Program-made: the position numbers and the translations under genes | In this document: one piece after another, positions 24,901 through 37,097 of the stretch | How positions within the stretch are numbered: the first letter of the stretch is position 1 | Layout: each line of letters opens with the position of its first letter | DNA from: Tubulanus polymorphus | Lineage: Eukaryota > Animalia > Nemertea | NCBI RefSeq assembly: GCF_964204645.1 | Contig: NC_134030.1 | Span: 12,111,947 to 12,175,946 of the forward strand | Direction of reading: 5' to 3' | DNA: 64,000 nt | Notes under the pieces: generated by a model | The model's database searches: none | The model's input: the letters and a program-made list of their open reading frames with translations, nothing else | Told to the model about the DNA's origin: nothing

Positions 24901-27900
24901 CGCTATTAATCAGAAGCAATCCACTTAAAAATTTATGAAGTGAATATCATAATTAATATTTATCCGATATACGCCAAATAACCTTTAAGAGAAAGATTTT
25001 GGGGTCGGATTTTGTACCAAAAAATCCCGGATTGTAGCACTGCATAGTTTTTTTTAGTAGGGTTCTTTTAACATTTGCCTAAAAGCCATTTGATTGACAC
25101 GTGGGGCGGGGCTTGCGATCTGCCAATGACGTCAGATGTAAACAATAATATAACCACGTGCAATGGCACATGTGTAAACAATCCTGACAAAAAATTCGAT
25201 TTTTTTTGGCGCCAAAACTGATTTAAACAAAATGGCTTTTTGTCAAATGATTTTTCAACTGGAGCCAGATATGCCATTAGATTTTAAACTCAAGTATTCA
25301 CGTTTTATATACTCTGAAATATTTTTTGTCCAGGGGACATGTTCTGAAATTTTTTAAGTCGTCGTTTTTCTTTTGATTTTTAGGATATAAACAGCCTAAA
25401 AGTAACATCATCTGATAGACACATATTTGACTACAGATCATATCCTGTTATAAAATTAGTTTAATAAATATTTTACTCAAGTTTTCTTGCCGACTATACT
25501 TTTATTTTATGGTTGTCTAAGTGCTAGGGAAACAATGGTGGGGTTCTTTTGGCCCTCCGAATATATAAGACCGAAAGAGGTATTTTATGCCATTTGGATT
25601 TATTTTTGCTTAGAAAATCTATTCAAATACTTTTTGGCGGGCACATTCAAATTATGAAAGGTAGGACTAGTCCAACCCCTAAATCCACTTGCATTCAGTC
25701 TCATGAGAACTAACTTAAAACGTTTAAACCTTGACCGGCCTCCTACTAAATTTTTTGAATTAATGTAAAACTTATGGCAGAATTCATGGTTGATTCCTCG
25801 AGTTTTGAATCCCAAAGAATAATTTTTGAATTACGCAGGTTTAGTATGACACTTTAATAGCCGGTATACAAATTTTCCAATCAATGTGGCAGGTGTCCGG
25901 GTCTGAATAAATATTTAATATATCAAAGTACCTCCAAAAATACCAAGATGACTTATTTTGGTAAATCATTTTTCACAAAAAAAAACACATGAAGCCAAGA
26001 GAGTAGGCCTATTGACGTTTCGGCATTATTTCATGAGCCATTTCCAAAACTGATTTATTATGCGAGTGTAGTTTTGAACAATCAGATGATTTCCGTCTGT
26101 ACGAGCATCACTTAGTAATCTTGTCGCCACAAGTTGTTCTTACTTAACAAATCTGTTTAAAAATGACTCAGAATTCAGTCGAAACGTCAATTCTATCGTA
26201 GAAGTCATTACCCTCTAGCCTATGTCAAAAGCATTTAATAACAATTAGTCAGGTGAACATACCTGTAGCGACGGCTAGGAATGCTGATAGGACGACGTGA
26301 AGCAGTGTTATGGGCTGCGCTATTGCGACGGCTATCAATATTAAGCAACCAGTCACATAATTCTCAATACCATAGATACGCGAAACGCCACACGGTATTG
26401 CCAGCAAAATCTGTTGAAATACAAATTCATATCTATAAGATATATTCAGCATGTATAGAAAACTTTCAGCGAAAGGTACTACAACTTCAACGAAATTTCC
26501 ACCACGAAAAACCACAATGAATTCCACTCCCTTCATAGAAGATAGGAATAACGCACGATAGTTTGCGTTTCAAATACCGTAGCTCCTCATTTTTTGGCAA
26601 AAGATTAGGGTCAAATAGTTCTGGATGAGAATTCCATCACATTGCTCTCAGCAAAACCGAGGGAGCAATTCAAAAAAGACAAAATTCAATCCGAAATTGA
26701 ATGTAAAATAGAGAAATATTCCTCCGACAGGAATTGATATTGAAAGAAAGCTATTTAGGGCTTACATGATAAAGATTGGGCCTTTAAGATAAAATACAGA
26801 TTACTTTTATTTTGATATCAAGATATCAAAATCAATGTATATACAAAATGAAAACATGCTTAGGTAAAATGGTCATTATTAGCAAGGATAACCTTTCAGT
26901 AGATTCTAATAATTCTTTGTTCTTTTTAGTACAGAAATAAACTCATAATAAAAATAATGATAATAAAAATCTAGAGTAGCATTTTACGGAGATCAATAAC
27001 ATTTATATAACTTCAGTAATTATAAAAATATTATTACTAATTATTATGATTATCATCATCACAACTGTTACTTGTTATCATTATTTCTATTTCTTATACC
27101 TTAAGTATTACTATAAATGCTGAGTTTCGGCAAATTGGCTCATAAGTTGTCATATGCTCTAATTTTCTAAATACTCGTAAGCTTGTAGAAAAGGTGGATC
27201 TAGATACCAACTTTGATAATGATTAGTTCCAGACAAAGATATAGGAATTTTACTATAGTGGCCCCTAGTGGAATGAGCATTGACTAATTCCATAGGGTAT
27301 CGAGCATTATTTGATAAAAGTACCCGTTTACCAAGTTTCGCCACAATCGGTGTTCATGAGCAAAAAACATGTCAGTTGCAGTGAATAAAAGATAAAAATT
27401 ACTAACCTGATTCCAATCCACTGTACTATTTGCAAAAGATTGTGCGTTTAGATGTTCTGCCGACTGAATTTCTACTGGGAAGAAATAATTACTTTTTCCC
27501 GAAGCACCGAGAAAAACAATCGTACAAATGTTGAATGGCAAGTTAAATATCGGTAAATCTAACCTAGAGAACGTATCATTCAGTCCACTAACGACCAAAG
27601 GGCTACAAGAAAAAATAATCCGATTAATTTCCGAAGTTTGGTATGTACGTACGTACATACATACAATAATATAACATACTTACGTGAATGCAGCAATTAT
27701 AATAATAGGCAACAGTATTGTCGGAGTCCAGTCAGGTCTTTGTATATACAATGACAAAAATAGTCCTACCAGAAGTCCGTTACATGTAACTGAACCGTTA
27801 CCGAGTAAATCGTTATTCTGACGCGAAATCAGCGCTATCGCAATTGCGGCAACAAGTCCAACTGTTCCACAGAGAGCATGCCAAGGATGACCGACGAACA

Positions 27901-28180
27901 GCGCAACAAGTATAACGAAGCCGCTTATGGGATTGTTGAGAAAAATAGGCGCCGATACGGCACGCAAGAAAAGGATCGGTAAATTGAACACCGGGTGTTG
28001 TCTTTTTAGATATGCAGTTAGAATATTTATATCTCCAGTAACATAAGTTTGTATGAAGGTAACGAATTTCGGCTTATTATAAAAAGCTCCAAATCGACGT
28101 GAAGTGAACGATGAAGACACAGGCCTCGCCCCAATAGCCTGTTCTGAATTCGTTATCGTCGCTATATCACTATACATCAT
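21914..28180 (-). CDS. SLC14A: Urea transporter (SLC14/UT family) homologue, about 446 aa, 6 coding exons
   Basis: complement(join(21914..22228,22391..22440,22527..22661,26263..26410,27407..27602,27684..28180)); all introns GT-AG with consistent phases. Motifs FLNNPISG, LPIFNLPF, GMWSYNS, GLPPIQFPF and VTYPEEH. An acceptor at 28188 implies an upstream non-coding exon. Confidence 0.92.
22803..23195. mobile_element. MITE with 19-bp TIRs in a UT intron (PIF/Harbinger-like, tentative)
   Basis: cggcgcacacctttgcgat ... atcgcaaaggtgtgcgccg, with internal atcgc/gcgat repeats. Confidence 0.65.
23569..24781. mobile_element. Non-autonomous IS3EU-type DNA transposon with long TIRs and 6-bp TSD
   Basis: CATAGG|TATGGTGGCTGATAAGGGCC ... 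GGCCCTTATCAGCCACCATA|CATAGG. TAYGG termini with a 6-bp TSD match IS3EU. The ~330-bp imperfect TIRs are built from ~30-bp subrepeats. Confidence 0.82.
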
Positions 28181-29942
28181 TTTCAAACTGAAATTAGAAA
28201 TGTTTACTTTTAAGATGCCCTTTAGAGTCAATGGTGATTTTCCTGTAAGGCCTACAATTTTGGTATTAAATTCACAATCATAAAAAGAAAATTTCTGCAC
28301 TTCAACTCAAGATTTTAAAGCCACGTGATTTTTTAGTCGTGAGTGAGAATCGAAGAAGCGACAGTCTGCGTGCATGCTTGCGTAGATCCTGTGTGGTGCT
28401 TTTAATAATCTATAAATACGTTGTTTAATAGATACAAGTCTATGACCTCATAAGTTGTCCGGCATCAACAAAGTTACCATATTATGTAATCGCCGCGTAT
28501 TTACGAACACCAATTTTTGCGACCGATTTCACTCTGCGTTTTTAACGATCACGATTTTCCAGATCGATTTTTTGCGATCGATTAACTCATTACGGGGCGA
28601 TTAGTTCATGTTTTGATTTTCAAGATGGTGGCACTCAGTATCCGGCCGAGACATTTTTCATTCCGCGTCGCCATATTTACGTCAAGTGCTTGACCCAAAA
28701 CATTCATTGTTTTTACGAACGTTCGAATCGATCGCAACATCTATATGTAGATCGTCCATGAAAATTGTCGCAAAAATCATAGAGTTTACCGTGATTAATT
28801 AGATTATATTTCTGGGATATTATACCGGACCATAACGGATATTGTATCAATTTTTTTAAAATCTTAAGACAAGGATTGTCCCTGTAATTTATTTGGTTGC
28901 CAAATTTCGTTTGATTTTTTTTGATTTGAGTGTCCCTTACAGACCCACCACACCAGCCAGGAGTGAAACAAGGGGTTCGATTTTGAAATCGGAAATCGAA
29001 GTACAGATATAGTTGTGTGATCGGCGGTCGAGTTTACATAATTTTTTGTTTAAATCGAAATACATAATTGGGAAATTCGGTTAAGGTTTATTCAAACGAT
29101 CTTCCATTCAGTCTGAACCGGCAAGCGACTGATTGGGGTGAATTTTCTTGGCTGCCTAATTCAATACATCGGAATTTTGGAAGTAACTGTAAATAGTCCT
29201 GATCCGCAGCAAGATTTCGTAGTAGCTAAAAAATGTTTGTAATGTTGATTTCCTGAATGCGTTGGTGGTTATTAATGGTTTCAGACAACAAACGTAGTAA
29301 GATGTAGTAAGCAGGTTGTTGTTTGATGCTTTGATCTATCAGCGCTGACCATAAATCAGCCTGGTGTAAAAATAATTCTTTCTCGGTTCTTCTGCTGCGA
29401 TATCTGGCAAACATTCAGAAATCTTTTTATAAAATTAAGAATAGACGGAACCGTATTTGGTCGGAACAATGGGTTGCATTAGTTATGCGGCTGGTGAAAG
29501 AATCACGCTGTTACTTCATGATACTCCCGACTACTTTCTATAAAAAGAAAAACGGAAGTATGGGGAGATATTGTTGTTTTGCTTTATCCCGTATCGTAAT
29601 CAAATTTATTTAGTATAATAGTTATAGTATGATTTTAAGAAAGATAATGGATCATAATGAAGTTCCGAATCAAAAGTATTTATAATGATTCAAAAAGAAA
29701 TAATCAGTGGTACCGTAATTTGAGACAAATACTAACGTTTCGAAAATATATTTAATTTGAATATCCTAGATGTTAATTGAGAACAAAGTCTCTATAATCG
29801 CTAAAGTTTTAAGAAAATTAATTTGTGTTAAATGATAATACTGGCTGTCTAAAGTTTCTCTTGTTGTATACGTCTGTTGGTAACTCGCAGAGAATAGCTG
29901 TTCTCTCAACGATGATAAGCAAGGAGTGAGTAAATCATTCCG

Positions 29943-30581
29943 CGTCATGACAGGAGGGTCGGAAGGAAAAAGTTAGTTCAGCAAATCAGTTTTGAAAATA
30001 ATTTTAGATCTGCGAAACATTAAGGCTAAATTCTATATGACCAAAACAGTCATGACAGTAAGGTTGCTGCTCCTTGCCAAAAGTCGAGTGGGAGAGTCGG
30101 TATTTTAAGAATGCCGATTCTTTCTATAAAAGGGACCCGCATCTTGAGAGAGCAGACACTCGGTAGTCACTCGGGAGACACTCAAAAGAAACTCGTAGAT
30201 ACTTGTTAAAAGCTGGTCTGGGACTTGATTCAGGACGGGTTACCAACAGGAGAGTGCAATAGGAATTTAGAGCTAGGATTTGGATTGTGTTGAACTGGAG
30301 AACTGTGTTTGAATATTAAGGTAAATAAATTCATCTTGTATTGTTACATCCATTCGAAATTTCCGGTATTCTAGTTTTACTTGGGTTTGTGCGCGGACAC
30401 GTTCTCTCGCCAGGGACCGATTATTGCTTTTATTAATTAACGACTAAGGAGAGGATTGTGACCGGCGTATCAGTCCATAAGTTTATCGTAGATGGTGATG
30501 TAGAAGTCCTCTAAATTGTATCAAAATTACCGTGTAGGCCTCAATACACAGTAAGTCGCCTGCTAGGAGTTTAACGTGACA
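29943..30581 (+). mobile_element. Probable solo LTR
   Basis: (C/T)GTCATG...CGTGACA termini, TATAAAA at ~30125 followed by a GA-rich leader, AATAAA at ~30324. No clean TSD. Confidence 0.5.
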
Positions 30582-31184
30582 GCAGTAGAATATAAGAGCG
30601 GTATGTAGCCTACCGTACAATTAACGTACCTCACTTCGAAACGGATGACGGGCGTTTCTTGACCAAGCGAAGAAATACACAGAATGGAAAATAAGACAAG
30701 CCCTAAATAATGTGTAGATCCGGTGGTTTAAGTATCGCAATTGATTTGATCTACTTATTTTCAGGCTTGAATATTGACCTGGCCGATTGCTTATCTTCTA
30801 GAGTATGTCTCCACCGTGATTAATGCGTAGGTATACGTACAAACCCTGGGAATCAAGTTCAAAGACATATGCCCCAAATGATGTTATCTGAATCGACGAA
30901 AAATAAACATTTGCTTTATGTTGATTTCTTTTCGGATATTGACAATGTTGAAAAATATTTTAGTTGTTTTTGGTTTGATTCGATAACGAATTGGTAATAA
31001 CGTGTTGGAAATCACGGCGTTAAAGCTACTCGATGGACATAAATTATAGAGGAAGAATCGTAAAGTCGTTATCAAAATCAAAATTGTGGCTGGTTTCGTA
31101 ACCAAGATTAGCCATCCCACTTCCAGGCTTGAAATACAACGTCGGTTTTGCGTTTTCGAATCCGCTTATCTAAATGGTGCTTAT

Positions 31185-31750
31185 TCAAATGGTGCCCTTA
31201 TATTTTATCGCAAACCGGGAATAAATATAAGCGTTTCTTGTTGAGTTGTATCGCGTAAAGCACGATAAAGTATGATACTCGTCCTCAATTTCGTTATTCT
31301 GACACAGAGTACAGAGACGGTCTTCCCGTGGGGTTAGTGGCCTAGTCCATCTGCTGCCACTTTCGACTAGTAAATTATGACTTCCACAGCGGAATTTACT
31401 GAGAATATTGACAATTTGCATATTGTATAAATCGAGATAGTTTTCGTATTGGAAAGTTAGTTTGAACATTCTATATAGATAACACTTAGGGCTATTTTCC
31501 ATTGTTTCGGTCCATGTTGGCACATACCGATCTTTAATCCTTTGTTCCAAAATCTTTAAAAGATATGGCTCATTTTCTATTTGCTGTGGCAACCAAACGT
31601 ACCCCAAGTCCAGATGATTCACGTAATTTGGAAGCCCAGTTCACAATAGTTGGATTGGTTTGCATCTCATCTAATAAAAGCTGGTACACTCGCCGTTGCA
31701 GTGTCCATTGAGGTGACTTCAGAATCTTCAGCCAAAATTTTAATGCTGAC
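31185..31750 (-). mobile_element. 3' fragment of a non-LTR retrotransposon ORF2 (RTEX/CR1-like)
   Basis: LSKFRCGSHNLLVESG...REDRLCTLCQNNEIEDEYH C-terminal CCHC region. Confidence 0.8.
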
Positions 31751-32096
31751 AGTTGAGAGTGACAACCACTGCGTCAATCACAGAGGTAACAACTAAGGAC
31801 AATTAGAATACAAATTCTGGCAGACACATATCAGCGAGGGAAATAAGCCACATGTTACTTATTTCAATCAAATTTCATTTGATGTCTACTGATTTGAGGG
31901 ACGAGACGAATATAAAATGATCAATCAAATTTACTTACAATTTAGTGGATGTTTCATCGTGTTCGACACAAAAAGCTTTTCGAGGCGACAATCCGTATGT
32001 ATGAAATATTTCATCGTGAATCTGCTAGTTTTTTTTTAATACAAAACCCTTGAATACGGTTTCCGTCATTTCTGACACAGGTTTTCCGTAAAAGCC

Positions 32097-35000
32097 ATGT
32101 TGAAAATGTTGGTGTCATTAATCGTATTGGTAATTGCCGCGGTCGGTTGTTCACGTGGAGGTTATGTTACAACAAAGAATTTGAAAGAAATTATGATCGG
32201 GCGCTGCTGGGAATATCAGCGATTGGTCAATCCAACACCATTTCTCAAGTACGTTTCATAGCATTATAAATCCAGTAAGAAAGCCACTTAATATTTGGAT
32301 GGATATATGAAAGCTGTGGGTACTGGAGTGTGTAATGGGTAGTGTAGTGTGATCTGTGTGCATTTGTGGCCAGCACACAGATCACATTGTTCATTGGGGT
32401 TTAGTCCAGGACTCGCGAGATTTTCAACAACACGGAAGTAACGTGTAATAAATGATGACTTGAATTGCATGACTACCTATCACCCCTCATTATTGTTGGA
32501 AAACTAAACGTTCCGCACTGACTAAAAATTAGTAATAACATTTTAGAAATGGCCGGAATTTTAACTTAGGTTCTATCTCATTTTTATTTTAAAATTACGA
32601 TTGGTATAATTTTTTTTATACGGCCGTTAAGGCTTCATGTTTCGTCTGCAATTCACTGCAAATAGTTACGCAACTACGCACATTTCAGTGTTTTTGGCAG
32701 CTGTACACTCAATCGGCACCGTTCGTGACTAGCTTCACTGCGGAATTATCATTAATTAACATCGCCATATCACATCATCAACTTATATTGTGCCTTAAAA
32801 CCCTAACAGTCGAAATAATTGAAATGCACACACGATTTCTATCATTGAAAATTGAGAGAGTGGCCGTGTTTGTGTTCTGCTGCTTCGCGTAAATCCCGCG
32901 CGGTGGCGCAACCGCGCGGAGTGGGGCCGATACGTCCAGTTGGTAGGCTAAAATACCGAAGATATCAGTTTGGCCATGAAAAGGACTTGGAAATTTATTC
33001 TCCCAATGCACTTTTGGTATCTTTTTGCTAGGTAGTTTCAATAGGTAGTAAGTAGACTGAATTTACAAAAACAGACTAGTTCTAAGACTTCAAATTTACT
33101 TTGCTTTTCTGAATTTAAGCAATTTGAAAGATTGTGGAGCGCTGTGGGAACTCTTTTACAAAGCTGTTAGCTTTAAATCCTCGTGTGGGCAGCAGCCAGT
33201 GGCTTATGGTGAATTTACACAGTTAGCTAAACACCAAATTGACGGAAAACGGGTAAATCATAATAAACAAACACCTTGTAAAAATGTATTAAATGATATC
33301 AAGAATACATTGATATGTATTATCATTCCATTTCGTAGCTCTTGCTTTGGGAAAAGGTATACCCTCTTGTCACTAAGTATGCCGATCTTGGAAAACGGTT
33401 TGTGACATTAGACTCCACACTAGCAGGTAGGATAAGTAATTTTAAGATTTCCGTCTTGTAATTTTAGCTTTAAGAAGAGTTAAAGAATAAAACAAGAGCC
33501 CCAAAGGGGCACTATGGCCAGCCTGTCAGCTTTTCATAAACTGGCAAATGATGCATTCTGTGGATTAAATTTGTCCAAATACACGGCCCAGCTCATAGAC
33601 TAGTCAATCTTAGGCTAATAATTTACACAATTCAATCGTGTTTTCATAAGTAGCACAGACAGCGACTGGAGCTGACAGGAACAAATACCTCAGATAAATC
33701 TTAGACTTTTCCCTTAGTCTTATTGATTTGAATGCGGAATAGAATTGAACTTTGAAAATTTGCTCAATAAAACAAAATTACATTGGATTTGCTGTTTAAT
33801 CTTGTTCAATAAAGCAAAATTGAATTGGATTTGATATTTTTTTGTGGAATAAAATTTGATTAAATTTGTAGTTTGAGCACATGGCTAATTAGCATATCAA
33901 GGTCATCCATCCGATTTGAGAAAAAGCTATTTTCCCGGCTTAGCACAATTGTCAATGATATTTTTTGTAGTGCAAATAATGATATTCCTCCTAAAAACCA
34001 AATCAACTAAAGATTTCAGAGAAATCGATATTGAAATACAATCTTAGATCTTAGAATAAAACCCGGAAGTAAAACGGTAGACGATACCGCGGGTTCACGT
34101 GAACACCTGCTGATCTCTCTGCGGCTAAGCCAATCGAGTCTTTCTCATTGGCTTTTTAAAACAGATATTTTTGCGATCAACATTTCGCGAGAAAGCTCAT
34201 ATATATTTTACGGGGCCCTCTTTCAAAATTCAGCTTCATAAGGGTTGGAGAATGGATAATGCTCTAATATATGCTGATTTGTATGAATATATGCTAGTTT
34301 CACAGTCAATGAGCCTTAGGTCTGGAAACCATGTCATTTAAATTCGCTTCATTTGTATATTAATAGGCTCAGCCTACGACTGGCCTAAAATTGAAGTGCT
34401 CAAAACTTGTCTAAGAGCCCCTAGTCTCGATGCATGACTCCATTGCCTCCGAGGGGGGATGACGAATTTAGAATTATAATGATGCTGTAGGCTCGCAATA
34501 TAAGGAGCTCTGCAATCACAGCGCACCATGTCTACACCAGTGACTATCGGTGTGGCCAGAATTTTTAAGTACACCACACGTTCCTCATCCTCTCTTTGTA
34601 CGATTTGAACCTAATGCCACCGCAAGACTCAGAGGAGGCACGAACTCCTGCCTGATAAACACCATTCGCCGAAACTTGCATACGTATCCGTAATACGTGC
34701 ACTGAGCTCGAGGGATGCCCCACGGGCGGGAACAAATTAAGTCCGAATTATGTTGGGAACTAGTGTCTCAAAAATTGTGGTACAGTATTCATGAACTTAT
34801 TAATTGAAATATATTTGTGGCGGGTTAGATTGGTAGACCTGGATGTTTGCTCGAAGATAGAATTTAGAAAAATTCAAATCGCAGATAACGTAAATATACA
34901 CATGTATTTTACTAGCTAATAAATGAACTCGCTATATAGGCTACATGGCGTCCAGTTTGGTGTTCTGTGGAAATTCAAACACGGCCGATGGTTTAGACTA

Positions 35001-37097
35001 TGGAAAGTGTCCCGGTTACAGGGATTGCCCAGATAATGCATTCAGTGCTTACTGGAAAGAAGTTTCTAAAGAGGTAATACGTGATCTAAAAGCCGCGTTC
35101 GTTTAAAGCTGACTGAGTCAACTGACGCTTCGAGTTAATTGAACCGAACTGTGTCCGTCAAAATCATTACGGCTTCGCACTCTCACGGAAAAATCAAGGC
35201 TTTTTTTGGGGATGATGCCATATTGATTTTTAAGTGGTTGTTGAGCAACAGAGCCGGACAAAGAGACGAAATGAACGCCAGACTGGTCTCCTAAACGAAC
35301 GCGACTTACACTTTGTGTGTTGTTTTGCGCTATGTTAATATTGTGAAAAGTCGTTTTTTAATGATAATTGATATTTCAAATTAGTCTAACACGTCAGCTA
35401 ATCTTAAAAAAACACGTTTGATTGATTATATGCGTTATCTCCTGTCTATATGATTACACGAAGTTGATAAACTAGCATGTTGATTTACAACATATAAACT
35501 ATATATATTTGTCTACGGAAGAAGTGGAAATAGTTACACGATCTGTTGAATTAATCATGCGTTTTTACATGCTTATTTTAATGATAGTTTTCCTAAGACG
35601 CAAGTTACCGACACACATAATAAACTCAAATGACCTCAAACATGTTTTTCTTGGAAAATATTTAGTTTTTTTTAGCCAGTTTTGTGTAACATATTCATGA
35701 AAGAAAATGCCGTTTCTGGTTTTAGTTCTCAAAAATGGCCGAAGACCCGGTATATAAAATGGTGAACGGCAGTCAAAGCCCAACATACAGAGCGGACAGG
35801 TAGTAGACAGGAAAGTTGAAATGATACAAATGCAACACTAACAGTCGTATCCTGCAGTTAACCTCGCCTAACTCGCCCTTTCATAAGTTAGGCGAGGTTT
35901 ATTAACTGTACACAGGAAGCCACCGAAGCGAAGCGCTACTATAAAGAACGAGCCCTCGATTTATATTAGTTAATATGAGCTGCTCGATAAGAAAGTTGTA
36001 TGAAATTGTTCATTCTTAATAAATCATTGTTTCATTTAAAGAGTGGCAGAAAATAAATAAACATGATATTTACTTTTTTGCTAAAATATGGTTAGAATCT
36101 TAACATCAATGAAATTATAACTGATTGTGCAAAAACAGAAGAGAAAATAATTATTTTAGAATGGGTCTAGTGGTCAACGATACATAATCATACATAAGTT
36201 GAAAAATTACAAGTGTCGAAAAATTTTGTTTCTCGCTTTAAGTTGTATCGAAAACCAACAAATTTTACTTGCATTACAAGCCCTATATTGATAATGGAAG
36301 TTTGTTGGATGTTTTCATCAAGTGGTTTGCATGACAAGTAGGCCCTATGTATTTTGCAATACCACGGTTTTTCTGTTGGGAAATATTTTTCGACTGCCGT
36401 GCACGCATATAGATATTACCAAAAATACATTAAGTTTGATGATACGGTATCTATTCACTATTGCAGCATATTTGCAGAATGGGAATTGCCCTATCTTCCA
36501 AGAGATAAAGTAAAAACTATTCGTATTATGGTCGTCCACAACATCCATGGTCCTGTCGTGTAAGTACATTTGGGCGCATCGTATCGTTTAGACATTATTC
36601 ACCACTTTATTAATACTCTATTCGATCTGATAATATTTCGAAAAACTTGCAGCGAAACATGTTCTAGTGGAGCAACTCTATCCATGATGAAAAATGCCAT
36701 ACAATCGTATGGCTTTAACGTTGAATGTGAAGATGATCCAGAGTGAGTTTTTCTTTCTAAAATTTTTACTAGTAGCAAGAATAAGCGATCTAAACATAAG
36801 GACCCGGTTCCACAGTTGCGAGTTAGAGTTAAATCTTGAATTAGAATTTAATGTAGTTCCTTTTCAATGAGTTAACTCCCAAGTCAAATCTTAACTCAGA
36901 ACTGTTGAACTGGATTTAGGATACTCTGCCTAAGTCAAATCTTATCGGACTTGGCCAGATTCCGAATTTTAACCCAATTTCCGATATATATACATATCAA
37001 CATATCTACGTATTTCAGAGCAATACATCACTTTTTGTGCGTGGATGCAGTAGACACGGAAGCCTGCAAAAATCATGTCAAACGATATATCCGATGA
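32097..37097 (+). CDS. CD38: ADP-ribosyl cyclase / NAD+ glycohydrolase (CD38/BST1/Aplysia cyclase family), secreted, about 280 aa, 8 coding exons
   Basis: join(32097..32248,33120..33252,33339..33426,34940..35073,35726..35799,36467..36559,36653..36742,37019..37097); all GT-AG with consistent phases. Signal peptide, then GRCWEY, DCGALWELF, LLLWEK, VTLDSTLAG, FCG, YWKEVS, VNGS, SIFAEWELP (catalytic Glu), ETC, ECEDDP and LCVD..C. Ten conserved Cys in the mature protein. Confidence 0.92.
32271..32939. mobile_element. TIR-less TCCAG-flanked element (copy 2, in intron 1 of the CD38-like gene)
   Basis: TCCAG at 32271-32275 and 32935-32939; near-identical to 7976-8644; intact subterminal hairpin ccgcgcggt-ggcgca-accgcgcgg. 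Confidence 0.88.
33491..34387. mobile_element. Non-autonomous Helentron/DINE-1-like (HINE) element, copy 1
   Basis: Starts AACAAG in an A-rich context and ends with the hairpin taggctcagcctacgactggccta. The ~900 bp are similar to 43378-44279. Confidence 0.7.
36805..36913. mobile_element. Small palindromic MITE in a CD38-like intron
   Basis: ccggttccacagttgcgagttaga ... tcttaactcagaactgttgaactgg inverted arms. Confidence 0.5.

Noticed and set aside
28181-28300. N-terminal 40 aa of ORF 27680-28300
   Set aside because: Non-ATG start and mostly upstream of a strong acceptor at 28188; the real start is probably ATG 28180.
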